Below are positions 1 to 7,337 of a stretch of DNA of 32,434 nucleotides, piece by piece. Every line of letters begins with the position of its first letter. Positions within the stretch are counted from its first letter, which is position 1. The notes under the pieces were generated by a model. It was not told the DNA's origin. It saw only the letters and a list, made by a program, of their open reading frames with translations, and did not search any database. The stretch spans positions 1-32,434 of the forward strand of contig JAYVYV010000174.1 in the NCBI GenBank assembly GCA_043783985.1, in the 5' to 3' direction. The DNA comes from Acidobacteriota bacterium. GTDB taxonomy: Bacteria > Acidobacteriota > Vicinamibacteria > Vicinamibacterales > CAVVIG01. The position numbers and the translations under genes are program-made.

Positions 1-314
1 GCTGCGCCGCTCTCCCACTTTTGCACTTGCTGTCGCGAGACGCCGAACTGCGCGCCAAAGACGCGTTGCGTCATGCCCAGCTTGGCCCGCAGATCGAAGA
101 CGTCGATCGCGGGGCCCTCGTGCTTCCCCACCATCGTGCGCAACCTCGCCGCGTCGCCTCCTTGAGGCGCGCGCAGCCCCTTTTCCCAGCGAGAGACGCA
201 CGCCCGAGACACGCCGAGCGTGCGGGCGAGCTGGGCGCGCGAGCAGCTCAGCGTCTTGCAGACCCGCTCGATGTCATCCGGCTGAAACTGGTACACCCTG
301 GCGACCGGTCTCAC
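1..314 (-). CDS. XRE-family transcriptional regulator with two tandem Cro/CI-type HTH segments (3' end runs off the window)
   Basis: Absent from the ORF track because there is no stop in the window. The reverse frame from GTG (314..312) reads VRPVARVYQFQPDDIERVCKTLSCSRAQLARTLGVSRACVSRWEKGLRAP...DVFDLRAKLGMTQRVFGAQFGVSRQQVQKWESG, which gives two copies of the lG.s...lA..lGVSr..vs.WE.G pattern. A GAGGTGG Shine-Dalgarno-like sequence (rc of 321-327) lies 6 nt upstream of the GTG. An in-frame TAA (rc of 318-320) closes the frame upstream. Confidence 0.7.
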   Translation of the reverse strand, partial: MRPVARVYQFQPDDIERVCKTLSCSRAQLARTLGVSRACVSRWEKGLRAPQGGDAARLRTMVGKHEGPAIDVFDLRAKLGMTQRVFGAQFGVSRQQVQKWESGA

Positions 315-315
315 G

Positions 316-415
316 TGTTACCACCTCACGCTACCATGGTAGCTTTCTGGTAACATCTTGGCAAATGGATTGGTAAGTGAGACGAAGCCTCCCCCCATCT
401 GGTAACACTTTCTGG
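316..415. promoter_or_regulatory. Operator-like cluster of TGGTAACA / TGGTAGC motifs upstream of the XRE gene
   Basis: TGTTACCA (316-323) is the reverse complement of TGGTAACA (348-355, repeated at 399-406). There is a perfect 14-bp palindrome GCTACCATGGTAGC (330-343), a degenerate copy TGGTAAGT (371-378), and CTTTCTGG twice (343-350, 408-415). Confidence 0.35.
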
Positions 416-443
416 CACCTCCCGACACGATGGGCGTACAAGC

Positions 444-469
444 AAAAGGCCCTGTTTGCAGGGCCTTTT
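444..469 (-). terminator. Rho-independent-type terminator hairpin downstream of tRNA-Pro
   Basis: AAAAGGCCCTG (444-454) pairs perfectly with CAGGGCCTTTT (459-469) across a 4-nt loop. On the minus strand the stem ends in a U-run, about 25 nt after the tRNA 3' end. The A/T runs on both sides mean it could act bidirectionally. Confidence 0.6.
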
Positions 470-493
470 GTCGGGTTGTTTTGGAGATTTGAT

Positions 494-570
<77 letters not shown>

Positions 571-583
571 ACCGGACGAACAG

Positions 584-1807
584 TTATCTTAACCCAGACG
601 CGACCGTGAATGCCACGGTCGCCTTGGTTTCCGCCCGCGTCAGCCGATCCCGCACCTGCACCTCGAGCTCGTAGCGCCCCGGCGGGAACGTCTGCAACGA
701 CACGGTCTGCGACGCGAACGCCTGCGATTCCCACGCCCCCGCCGGCGGGAGATCGGCGTCGCCAAACGGCTGCGGATCGGTGCGGTTGAACAGCCGCCGC
801 TCCCCGTCCACCCGGTAGAAGGTGTAGTTGGCCGCCAGATCCGAATCCGGCGCGCCGTAGTTGCACATCTGAAAGACCACCGTCAGCGCTTCGTCGGTCC
901 GGAACGTCGCATCGCGCACGGGAACGACCTCGGTGAACCCGAACGCGTACGGATGCTCCGGCTGTTGATTGGCCGAGAATGCCGCCTTCAGCGGCCGCAC
1001 GTCCTTGACGAGGATCAGACTGCTCAGCGCCAGCCGATCGCTCCAGAAATCAGGAATCGTGATCCTCCGGTGCAGGATCGCGGGACTGGACGTCTTGAGC
1101 CTCGCGCGGTCCACCAGCCCGAGGTAGACGTCGAATTCGCCCGGCGGCAGCGCCAGGGCGCGCTCGATCGCGCGCGCGCCGCCGTTCTCTCCCGCCGCGG
1201 CTTCGATGAAAAAATATTCCTCGAACGGGAACAACAGCGGATCGAACTCGTGCGCCTCGGCTTTGCGCCTGGCTTCATCCGCCGCCCGCTTCTCTTTCTC
1301 GTAGCCCTTCTCCTGGAGGGCCAGCGTCGCCGACGCCGCGGCCGCCGCCGCGATGGTCTGTCGCGACGAGGAGCCTGCCGGACCCGCCGCAGGCATCTCG
1401 CCGACGCCGACATAGACCGTCTCCGCGCGCCGTGGCATGACGTCGCGCTGGTGCAGCAGCCAGTCGCGCACGAACGACTGCTCGCTCGCGGATCGCATCC
1501 CGCCGTGCCGCGACACGGCCCGCACGTACAGCGCCGCCGACTTGTAGGCCGCGCCGGTCGTCAGCGTGAAGGGGACGTAGGCCGTGTCGTTGCCGGCCTT
1601 GAGGACGTGATGATCCCAGGCGAGGGCCGGATCGGAGGCGGAGTCGGTCGCCTGCGCGAGATCGACCGCCTTGACGAGCGCCAGGACGGCCTCGCGCTCG
1701 TTGGCGCCGAGCGGCTTGCGCGTGGGCGGCCCGGACGCGTCCACCCGGCCGGCGGGCGCCAGCGCCGCCGCTACGACGAAGACACCGACGAGACCACGGC
1801 TGCGCAT
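584..1807 (-). CDS. Secreted hypothetical protein (N-terminal signal peptide)
   Basis: 407-aa ORF with ATG at 1807. The N-terminus MRSRGLVGVFVVAAALAPAG is signal-peptide-like. Composition is coding-like, with no Arg/Pro shadow-ORF bias. I recognise no family motif. Confidence 0.75.
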   Translation of the reverse strand: MRSRGLVGVFVVAAALAPAGRVDASGPPTRKPLGANEREAVLALVKAVDLAQATDSASDPALAWDHHVLKAGNDTAYVPFTLTTGAAYKSAALYVRAVSRHGGMRSASEQSFVRDWLLHQRDVMPRRAETVYVGVGEMPAAGPAGSSSRQTIAAAAAASATLALQEKGYEKEKRAADEARRKAEAHEFDPLLFPFEEYFFIEAAAGENGGARAIERALALPPGEFDVYLGLVDRARLKTSSPAILHRRITIPDFWSDRLALSSLILVKDVRPLKAAFSANQQPEHPYAFGFTEVVPVRDATFRTDEALTVVFQMCNYGAPDSDLAANYTFYRVDGERRLFNRTDPQPFGDADLPPAGAWESQAFASQTVSLQTFPPGRYELEVQVRDRLTRAETKATVAFTVASGLR

Positions 1808-1819
1808 GGCGGGCGCCTC

Positions 1820-2575
1820 CTATTTGACGGCGGCTTTCTCGAACGACAACGCTTCGACGGCAGCCAGCGCGTGGTGCGCCGTCAGATCGGGATGCAGCGG
1901 CGTGACCGACACATAGCCGTCCCGCACCGCCTGATAGTCCGACCGGTCGTGCGGCTCCCAGTCGTTCTGGCCTTCCTCGATCCAGTAATACGGGTGTCCC
2001 TTCGGATCGCGGCGCTCGGCGACCGACGTCACGTGATTCCGCTTCGCCTGCACGGTGACACGATACCCTTTGGGCTCGCCTTTGGGTACGTTGATGTTGA
2101 GGAACGTCCGCCCGGGAAGCGGCTGCCGCAGCAGCGCCCCGGCCATCACCGCGGCGGCGCGCGCCGCGTGCTGGAAGTCGTAGTCGCCGCGCGTCTGACG
2201 CAGCGACACGCCGATGCTCGGAATCCCGAGCAGGGCGCCCTCCAGCGCGCCGGCCACGGTTCCCGAGTAGGTGACATCGTCACCCAGGTTCCACCCCTTG
2301 TTGATGCCGGAGACGACGAGATCGGGCAGGCCGGTGAAGACGTGGGTGACGGCGATGTTCACGCAGTCGGTCGGCGTGCCGTCGACGGCGAAGACGCGAT
2401 CCTCGATCGTCTCGAGCCGCAGCGGCCGCCGCAGCGTCAGCGCGTGGCCGATCGCGCTCGCCTCGGTCGTCGGCGCCACGATCGTGACGTCGCCGAGCGC
2501 CGTGAGTGCGGCGGCAAGCGCATGAATGCCCGCCGACCGGTAGCCGTCATCGTTGGTCACGAGGATCCGAATCAT
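1820..2575 (-). CDS. surE: 5'/3'-nucleotidase SurE
   Basis: The internal ATG at 2575 gives MIRILVTNDDGYRSAGIHALAAAL..., with GINKGWNLGDDVTYSGTVAGA; these are the SurE signature N-terminus and core. The 147-aa Arg-rich extension in the track ORF (to 3016) overlaps the MFS gene and is rejected. Confidence 0.93.
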   Translation of the reverse strand: MIRILVTNDDGYRSAGIHALAAALTALGDVTIVAPTTEASAIGHALTLRRPLRLETIEDRVFAVDGTPTDCVNIAVTHVFTGLPDLVVSGINKGWNLGDDVTYSGTVAGALEGALLGIPSIGVSLRQTRGDYDFQHAARAAAVMAGALLRQPLPGRTFLNINVPKGEPKGYRVTVQAKRNHVTSVAERRDPKGHPYYWIEEGQNDWEPHDRSDYQAVRDGYVSVTPLHPDLTAHHALAAVEALSFEKAAVK

Positions 2576-2586
2576 GTATGTCACGA

Positions 2587-3792
2587 TTATACGGCGTGAG
2601 GCAGAGGAACAAGAGCGCCGTCGCGACCAGCGCGAGCGCCGCCCGTCCCGAACGCCGCCCGCGCGCCGGACAGCTGCCAGATCAGACCGAACAGCACGCT
2701 CGCCGCCAGCGCGCCGAGCCCCTGAACCGCGTTGTAGATCCCGAAGGCGAACCCGCGACGATCGGCAGGCGCGAGATCCGCGACGAGCGCCTTCTCCGTC
2801 CCTTCCGCGAACCCGAAATACACGCCGTAGACGAGAAACCATGAGAGGAGCGCCGGCAGGCTGCCGCTGGCGGCGAAGCCCGCGTACACGGCGGCGTACA
2901 CGACCCAGCCGATGCCGATGACCGTGCGGCGGCCGACGCGATCCGACCAGCTCCCGCCCACGACGGAGATGCCGGCTTTCACGACGTGCAGCCCGGCCCA
3001 CATCAGCGGAATCCATTTCACCGTGCCGGCGACGTCGGTGAGCTTCAGGAGCAGGAACGCATCGGTCGAATTGCCGAACGTAAAGAGCGCGAGCACGATC
3101 ATGAACGCCGTGAAATCGCGCGGCATCGGTGTGGCCGGATGGGCCTCGCGCCAGCGGACGGGTTGCACCGACTGCGCCTGCTCGGGAACGAAAAAAATCA
3201 GCGTCACCGCGATCGCGCCGGGAACGATCGTCAGCGCGAAGAGCGTCCGGTAGTGCTCGGGATAAAAGAAGAGGAAGATCGACGCCAGCGTGGGGCCGAC
3301 CACCGCACCAAGATGATCCATGGCGCGATGAAATCCGTAGACACGGCCTCGCGTCGCGGGCGTCGCCCAGCTTGCCAGCATCGCGTCGCGCGGAGCGCTA
3401 CGGAGCCCTTTTCCCACACGGTCCAGCACCCGGATCGCGAACACCTGCGGCCACGTCGCCGTGATTGCGATGAACGGCCACGCGATCGACGAGAGGCTGT
3501 ACCCGAACAGGACGAGCGGGCGCTTGGAGCGGGATCGATCCGCGGTGCGCCCGGAGGCGATCTTCAGGACGCTGCTGACGGCTTCCGCCGCGCCTTCGAC
3601 GACACCAGAGACATCGCGCCGGCGCCGAGGACGCACGTCAGAAAAAACGGAAGCAAAAAACGGAAGCAGCGGGTAGATGGCTTCGGTCGCCGCATCAGTG
3701 GCGAGGCTGACCCACCCCAGAAGCCAAACGGCGCGGGGGTATCGAGGAGAGGAAGCAGGGCTCAACGGCGAGGGCTCAAGGCCGAATGGCAA
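2587..3792 (-). CDS. MFS transporter (TM1-TM2 region altered by a compensated frameshift; start uncertain)
   Basis: 401-aa multi-TM ORF with IYPLLPFF...VEGAAEAVSSVLKIASGRTADRSRSKRPLVLFGY, the MFS loop 2-3 motif. TTG start at 3792; an alternative TTG lies at 3765. See the finding on 3601-3667. Confidence 0.85.
   Translation of the reverse strand: MPFGLEPSPLSPASSPRYPRAVWLLGWVSLATDAATEAIYPLLPFFASVFSDVRPRRRRDVSGVVEGAAEAVSSVLKIASGRTADRSRSKRPLVLFGYSLSSIAWPFIAITATWPQVFAIRVLDRVGKGLRSAPRDAMLASWATPATRGRVYGFHRAMDHLGAVVGPTLASIFLFFYPEHYRTLFALTIVPGAIAVTLIFFVPEQAQSVQPVRWREAHPATPMPRDFTAFMIVLALFTFGNSTDAFLLLKLTDVAGTVKWIPLMWAGLHVVKAGISVVGGSWSDRVGRRTVIGIGWVVYAAVYAGFAASGSLPALLSWFLVYGVYFGFAEGTEKALVADLAPADRRGFAFGIYNAVQGLGALAASVLFGLIWQLSGARAAFGTGGARAGRDGALVPLPHAV
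3642..3667. repeat. Perfect 13-nt tandem duplication (AAAAAACGGAAGC x2) inside the MFS coding region
   Basis: 3642-3654 and 3655-3667 are identical. On the coding strand this reads GCTTCCGTTTTTT twice. Confidence 0.9.
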
Positions 3793-3838
3793 CCAGCCCT
3801 CAGCCCTCAGCCCTCAAGCCCTTAGCCCTCGAGCCCTC
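3757..3838. repeat. Inverted heptamer arrays: AGGGCTC x2 (3757-3763, 3771-3777) facing AGCCCT(C/T) x6 (3795-3838)
   Basis: Read directly: ...AGCCCTCAGCCCTCAGCCCTCAAGCCCTTAGCCCTCGAGCCCTCAG. On the minus (coding) strand this is TGAGGGC in tandem. The element lies between the stop of the 3849-4574 gene and the start of the MFS gene. Confidence 0.85.
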
Positions 3839-3848
3839 AGTGTCAGCG

Positions 3849-4574
3849 TCAGCGTTTCGCGTAAGGCGCCAGCGGACCGTCCTGCACCACCGACACCCAG
3901 ATGTGGCGGTTGTCGTTCTTGTCGCGGTAGACCGGGAAGCCGCGGTACTCGCCCGTCGGCTCGAAGCGTTCGGGTGAGAACGACACCGCGGGACCGCTGG
4001 AATACCAGCGAGCGCCGTTGAATTCCAGCCACACACCGCTGTCCACGCCGCTCGGCGGCACGACGGTCAGGATCGAGGTGCGGCGGGGGCGCGAACGGTC
4101 CGGCAGCACCGCGGAGTCCACGGCCACGCGGGGAACGAACGATCCCGACGTGCCGACCGCGCCGGACGTCCGTTCCCGCACCGGAACGGATGGGCTCTCG
4201 ACTGGGAACGTAGGCGCGTGGCTGCCGGTGGTCCCCGCCAGCTCCCGCTCGCGCCGCCGCTCGTAGACGCGCATCCGCCCGCTCCCGACCGGCACATAAA
4301 TCTCGCTGTACGGCTCGATCGTCGTGTCGGAGTAGACGGGCACACCTTCGAATATCCCCGTGTGCGCCATCACCTGGCCGTCGAACAGCCGGAAGCCGCG
4401 GGTCGGGTAGAACGTGAGGCCGCCGACGAGGATCGGTGCGCTGGCGATCTGCCACTCAGCCGCAGCGGCCGACACATCCGGTGCGGGCGTTCTGAACTGA
4501 CCGCCCTCGGCATTTCCTATATTCGGAAGCAGCACAGCCACTGTTAAGACACCGCTGAACAAAAACCCGCGCAT
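3849..4574 (-). CDS. Secreted hypothetical protein with an internal duplication of a ~60-aa module
   Basis: The ATG at 4574 gives MRGFLFSGVLTVAVLLPNIGNAEG, a signal peptide. Two modules share the pattern G..(F/W)Y....F.....TG...G.PVY.D.....I(Y/W)V.V..G....Y. The 18-aa extension to 4628 in the track is less likely. Confidence 0.72.
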   Translation of the reverse strand: MRGFLFSGVLTVAVLLPNIGNAEGGQFRTPAPDVSAAAAEWQIASAPILVGGLTFYPTRGFRLFDGQVMAHTGIFEGVPVYSDTTIEPYSEIYVPVGSGRMRVYERRRERELAGTTGSHAPTFPVESPSVPVRERTSGAVGTSGSFVPRVAVDSAVLPDRSRPRRTSILTVVPPSGVDSGVWLEFNGARWYSSGPAVSFSPERFEPTGEYRGFPVYRDKNDNRHIWVSVVQDGPLAPYAKR

Positions 4575-4623
4575 GGCACCCTCCGCTGTGGGGTATGTCA
4601 ACTGTCGTGCCACCCGGCGGTTG

Positions 4624-4629
4624 TACAAT
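4624..4629 (+). promoter_or_regulatory. Candidate -10 box TACAAT, 8 nt upstream of the amrS-like ATG (possible leaderless or near-leaderless mRNA)
   Basis: TACAAT at 4624-4629, ATG at 4638, no Shine-Dalgarno between them. I found no convincing -35. Confidence 0.25.
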
Positions 4630-4637
4630 CAATCGGC

Positions 4638-5756
4638 ATGTCGACTCTGGCTGAGGTGCTGGCTCGAGAGACGCGCGACGGCGAGCTCTACGGGGTGCTG
4701 GCCGACGGCCGCCTGCAGTGTGTCGCGTGCGGCCACTGCTGTCCGCTGCCTGAAGGGGCCATCGGCGTCTGTAAGGTGCGCTTCAACCAAGGGGGACGGC
4801 TGCGCGTGCCGTGGGGGTATGTCGGCGGCGTGCAGTGCGATCCGATCGAGAAGAAGCCGTTCTTCCACGCCTATCCCGGCGCGCTCGCCTACAGCTTCGG
4901 GATGCTCGGCTGCGACCTCCACTGCGGCTACTGCCAGAACTGGGTCACCTCGCAGGCGCTGCGCGATCCGGCCGCGACGACGCCTCCGATGCTCGCCGCG
5001 CCCGCCGATCTCGTGCGCGACGCGCTGCGCCAGCGGGCGCGCGTGATGGTGAGCACCTACAACGAACCGCTCATCACGAGCGAGTGGGCGGTCGCGGTGT
5101 TCAAGGAAGCCAGGGCGGCAGGTCTCATCACCGGCTTTGTGTCGAACGGGAACGGGACGCCGCAGGTGCTCGAGTACATCCGCCCCTGGGTCGATCTGTA
5201 CAAGGTCGATCTCAAGAGCTTCGACGATCGCCACTACCGCGAGCTCGGCGGACGCCTCGCGCCGATCCTCGACACCATCCGCCGGCTGCACGCGATGGGC
5301 TTCTGGGTGGAGATTGTCACGCTGCTCATTCCGGGCTTCAACGATTCGCGCGACGAGCTCACGCGCCTGACCGGGTTCATCACGGACGTGTCCCCCGACA
5401 TCCCGTGGCACGTCACGGCCTACCACGGCGATTACAAGATGACCGCGCCGCCCAACACGACAGCGGACATGCTGCACGAGGCCGCGGCGATCGGCCGCGC
5501 GAGCGGGCTGCGTCACGTCTATGCCGGCAACCTTCCCGGCCAGGTCGGCGATCTGGAGGACACGCGGTGCTCCGCCTGCGGCGCGCTGCTGATCGCGCGC
5601 TACGGCTACCACATCCGCAGTTACCGACTGACGCAGGACGGCCGCTGCCCGTCGTGCGCCGCGGCGGTGCCGGGGCGCTGGGGCACCGGATTCGAAGGAC
5701 AGGTCGCGACGCGACCCTTTCGGACTAGAATTCAGATTCTGAATTCCGAATTCTGA
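4638..5756 (+). CDS. AmmeMemoRadiSam-system-type radical SAM enzyme (PFL-activase-like)
   Basis: N-terminal Cys cluster CVACGHCC...GVC, the motif DPIEKKPFFHAYPG, the radical SAM motif CDLHCGYCQNW, and STYNEPLITSEW. Confidence 0.88.
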   Translation: MSTLAEVLARETRDGELYGVLADGRLQCVACGHCCPLPEGAIGVCKVRFNQGGRLRVPWGYVGGVQCDPIEKKPFFHAYPGALAYSFGMLGCDLHCGYCQNWVTSQALRDPAATTPPMLAAPADLVRDALRQRARVMVSTYNEPLITSEWAVAVFKEARAAGLITGFVSNGNGTPQVLEYIRPWVDLYKVDLKSFDDRHYRELGGRLAPILDTIRRLHAMGFWVEIVTLLIPGFNDSRDELTRLTGFITDVSPDIPWHVTAYHGDYKMTAPPNTTADMLHEAAAIGRASGLRHVYAGNLPGQVGDLEDTRCSACGALLIARYGYHIRSYRLTQDGRCPSCAAAVPGRWGTGFEGQVATRPFRTRIQILNSEF

Positions 5757-5760
5757 ATTC
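5728..5760. repeat. AT-rich NGAATTC heptamer array with four GAATTC sites in 33 bp
   Basis: GAATTC at 5728-5733, 5741-5746, 5748-5753 and 5755-5760. GAATTCAG-ATT-CTGAATTC and CGAATTC-T-GAATTCG are palindromic. The array encodes the last codons and the TGA stop of the upstream gene and ends 3 nt before the moaA ATG. Confidence 0.9.
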
Positions 5761-5763
5761 GTT

Positions 5764-6783
5764 ATGAATGACACCTTAGGCCGCCCGCTGCGCAACCTGC
5801 GGCTCTCGGTCACCGATCGCTGCAACCTGCGCTGCGAATACTGCATGCCGGAAGACGACTACGTCTGGCTGCCGCGCGAGGACGTCCTGCATTTCGAGGA
5901 GACGAGTGCGCTGGTCGACGTCTTCCTCTCGCTCGGCGTGGACAAGATCCGGTTGACGGGCGGCGAGCCGCTGCTCCGCCGCGACGTGGCGGCGCTCGTG
6001 CGGATGATCGCCGCCAAGCCCGGCCTGAAGGATCTTGCGCTCACGACCAACGGGGTGCTGCTCGCCGATCAGATCGACGCGCTGAAGGCCGCCGGGCTCG
6101 GGCGCATCACGGTCAGCCTCGATACGCTGCACGGAGATCGGTTCAAGGCGCTGACGCGCGTCGACCAGCTCGACGCGGTCCAGGCCGGGATCGCCGCCGC
6201 GCGCCGCGTGTTCGGCCGCCTCAAGATCGACACGGTCGTCATTCGGGGCGTCAACGACGACGAGTTGATGCCGCTGATCGAGTACGGACGCTCGGTCAAC
6301 GCCGAGATCCGTTTCATCGAGTACATGGACGTCGGCGGCGCCAGCCGGTGGTCCCCCGCGCGTGTCGTCCCGCGACAGGAGATGCTCGGCGCGCTCGCGC
6401 GCCACTACGGGGTCATCGCGGCCGTGGACGAACCGGGATCCTCGGCGCCCGCCGAGCGGTACACGCTCGAGGACGGGACCACGGTCGGGATCATCGCCTC
6501 GACCACCGATCCGTTCTGCCGCACGTGCGACAGAAGCCGGCTCACCGCCGACGGCATGTGGTACCTGTGCCTGTACGCGACGCGCGGCCTCGATCTGCGC
6601 GCGCCGCTGCGCGCGGGGATGCCGCCCGATGCGCTGAAAGCGTTGATCAGCGGCGGCTGGGGCGCACGCGACGATCGCGGCGCGGAAGATCGCCTGGCGC
6701 TCGGCGACCGCCGCGCGTTCGTGCCGGTCCAGGATCTGCTCAAAAAAGATCCGCACCTGGAGATGCATACCCGCGGCGGGTAA
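5764..6783 (+). CDS. moaA: GTP 3',8-cyclase MoaA (molybdenum cofactor biosynthesis)
   Basis: LRLSVTDRCNLRCEYCMP (radical SAM CxxxCxxC), LTGGEPLLR, and the C-terminal cluster CRTCDRSRLTADG characteristic of MoaA. Confidence 0.95.
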   Translation: MNDTLGRPLRNLRLSVTDRCNLRCEYCMPEDDYVWLPREDVLHFEETSALVDVFLSLGVDKIRLTGGEPLLRRDVAALVRMIAAKPGLKDLALTTNGVLLADQIDALKAAGLGRITVSLDTLHGDRFKALTRVDQLDAVQAGIAAARRVFGRLKIDTVVIRGVNDDELMPLIEYGRSVNAEIRFIEYMDVGGASRWSPARVVPRQEMLGALARHYGVIAAVDEPGSSAPAERYTLEDGTTVGIIASTTDPFCRTCDRSRLTADGMWYLCLYATRGLDLRAPLRAGMPPDALKALISGGWGARDDRGAEDRLALGDRRAFVPVQDLLKKDPHLEMHTRGG

Positions 6784-6817
6784 CAACCCGCCGGGCGGGT
6801 CGCGCAGGCAACGGGCG

Positions 6818-7243
6818 CTACGACCGATGTTCCCCTGGCGCCTCGACCCGCCCGAACAGCAGCAGCGCCACCGCCTGCCGCAGCCCTTCCACGCTGCACG
6901 GCTTCTCGAGAAACGCTTCGTCGGCCCAGAGCGTCACCTTCTCTTTGAACAGGCGATCGCTGAAGCCGGTCAGGTACAGGACCTTGATGCCCGGCGCGGA
7001 GACGCGAACGCGCCGCGCCAGCTCGTCGCCGGTCATCTGCGGCATCATCACGTCGGTCACGAGCATGTCGAACGAGTCGAGCTTCGCGGCGATCGCGAGC
7101 GCTTCCGGACCGTCGGACGCGGTCGTGGTCTGGTACCCCGCATCGTGCAGCACACGCTCGACGAACTTGCGCACGAGATCCTCGTCGTCGACGACCAGCA
7201 CGCGGATCGACCGGGCAGGGGTGGCCTTCACGCGCATGTCCAC
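6818..7243 (-). CDS. Single-domain response regulator (CheY-like receiver)
   Basis: RVLVVDDEDLVR...DMLVTDVMMPQMTGDEL...LEKP: acidic pocket, phospho-acceptor Asp and conserved Lys. GTG start at 7243 preceded by GGGAG. Confidence 0.9.
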   Translation of the reverse strand: MDMRVKATPARSIRVLVVDDEDLVRKFVERVLHDAGYQTTTASDGPEALAIAAKLDSFDMLVTDVMMPQMTGDELARRVRVSAPGIKVLYLTGFSDRLFKEKVTLWADEAFLEKPCSVEGLRQAVALLLFGRVEAPGEHRS

Positions 7244-7337
7244 TCCCTGAACGGCTTCGGGTCCGGCGCGGTCCGGATCGCCCCCGTGGCCGCGCTCGAC
7301 GAGCCGGCCCCCCGCAGAGGTCGCGACGCGGAATCCC

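Noticed and set aside
1820-3016. Long N-terminal extensions of track ORFs: surE to 3016, EBP to 8879, oligopeptidase to 19830, second ATPase from 13503, kinase-like from 25709, FAD oxidoreductase to 17513, OM protein to 30898
   Set aside because: Each extension is low-complexity and overlaps the neighbouring gene. An internal start gives the canonical family N-terminus or a signal peptide, often with an SD.
5757-5763. Moco riboswitch upstream of moaA
   Set aside because: Only 7 nt separate moaA from the upstream gene, and the preceding sequence is the GAATTC heptamer array. There is no room for the ~130-nt Moco RNA motif.
6787-6799. GC-rich hairpin CCCGC-CGG-GCGGG between convergent moaA and the receiver gene, as a terminator
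   Set aside because: It has only a 5-bp stem, a 3-nt loop and no U-tract on either strand. That is too weak to call.
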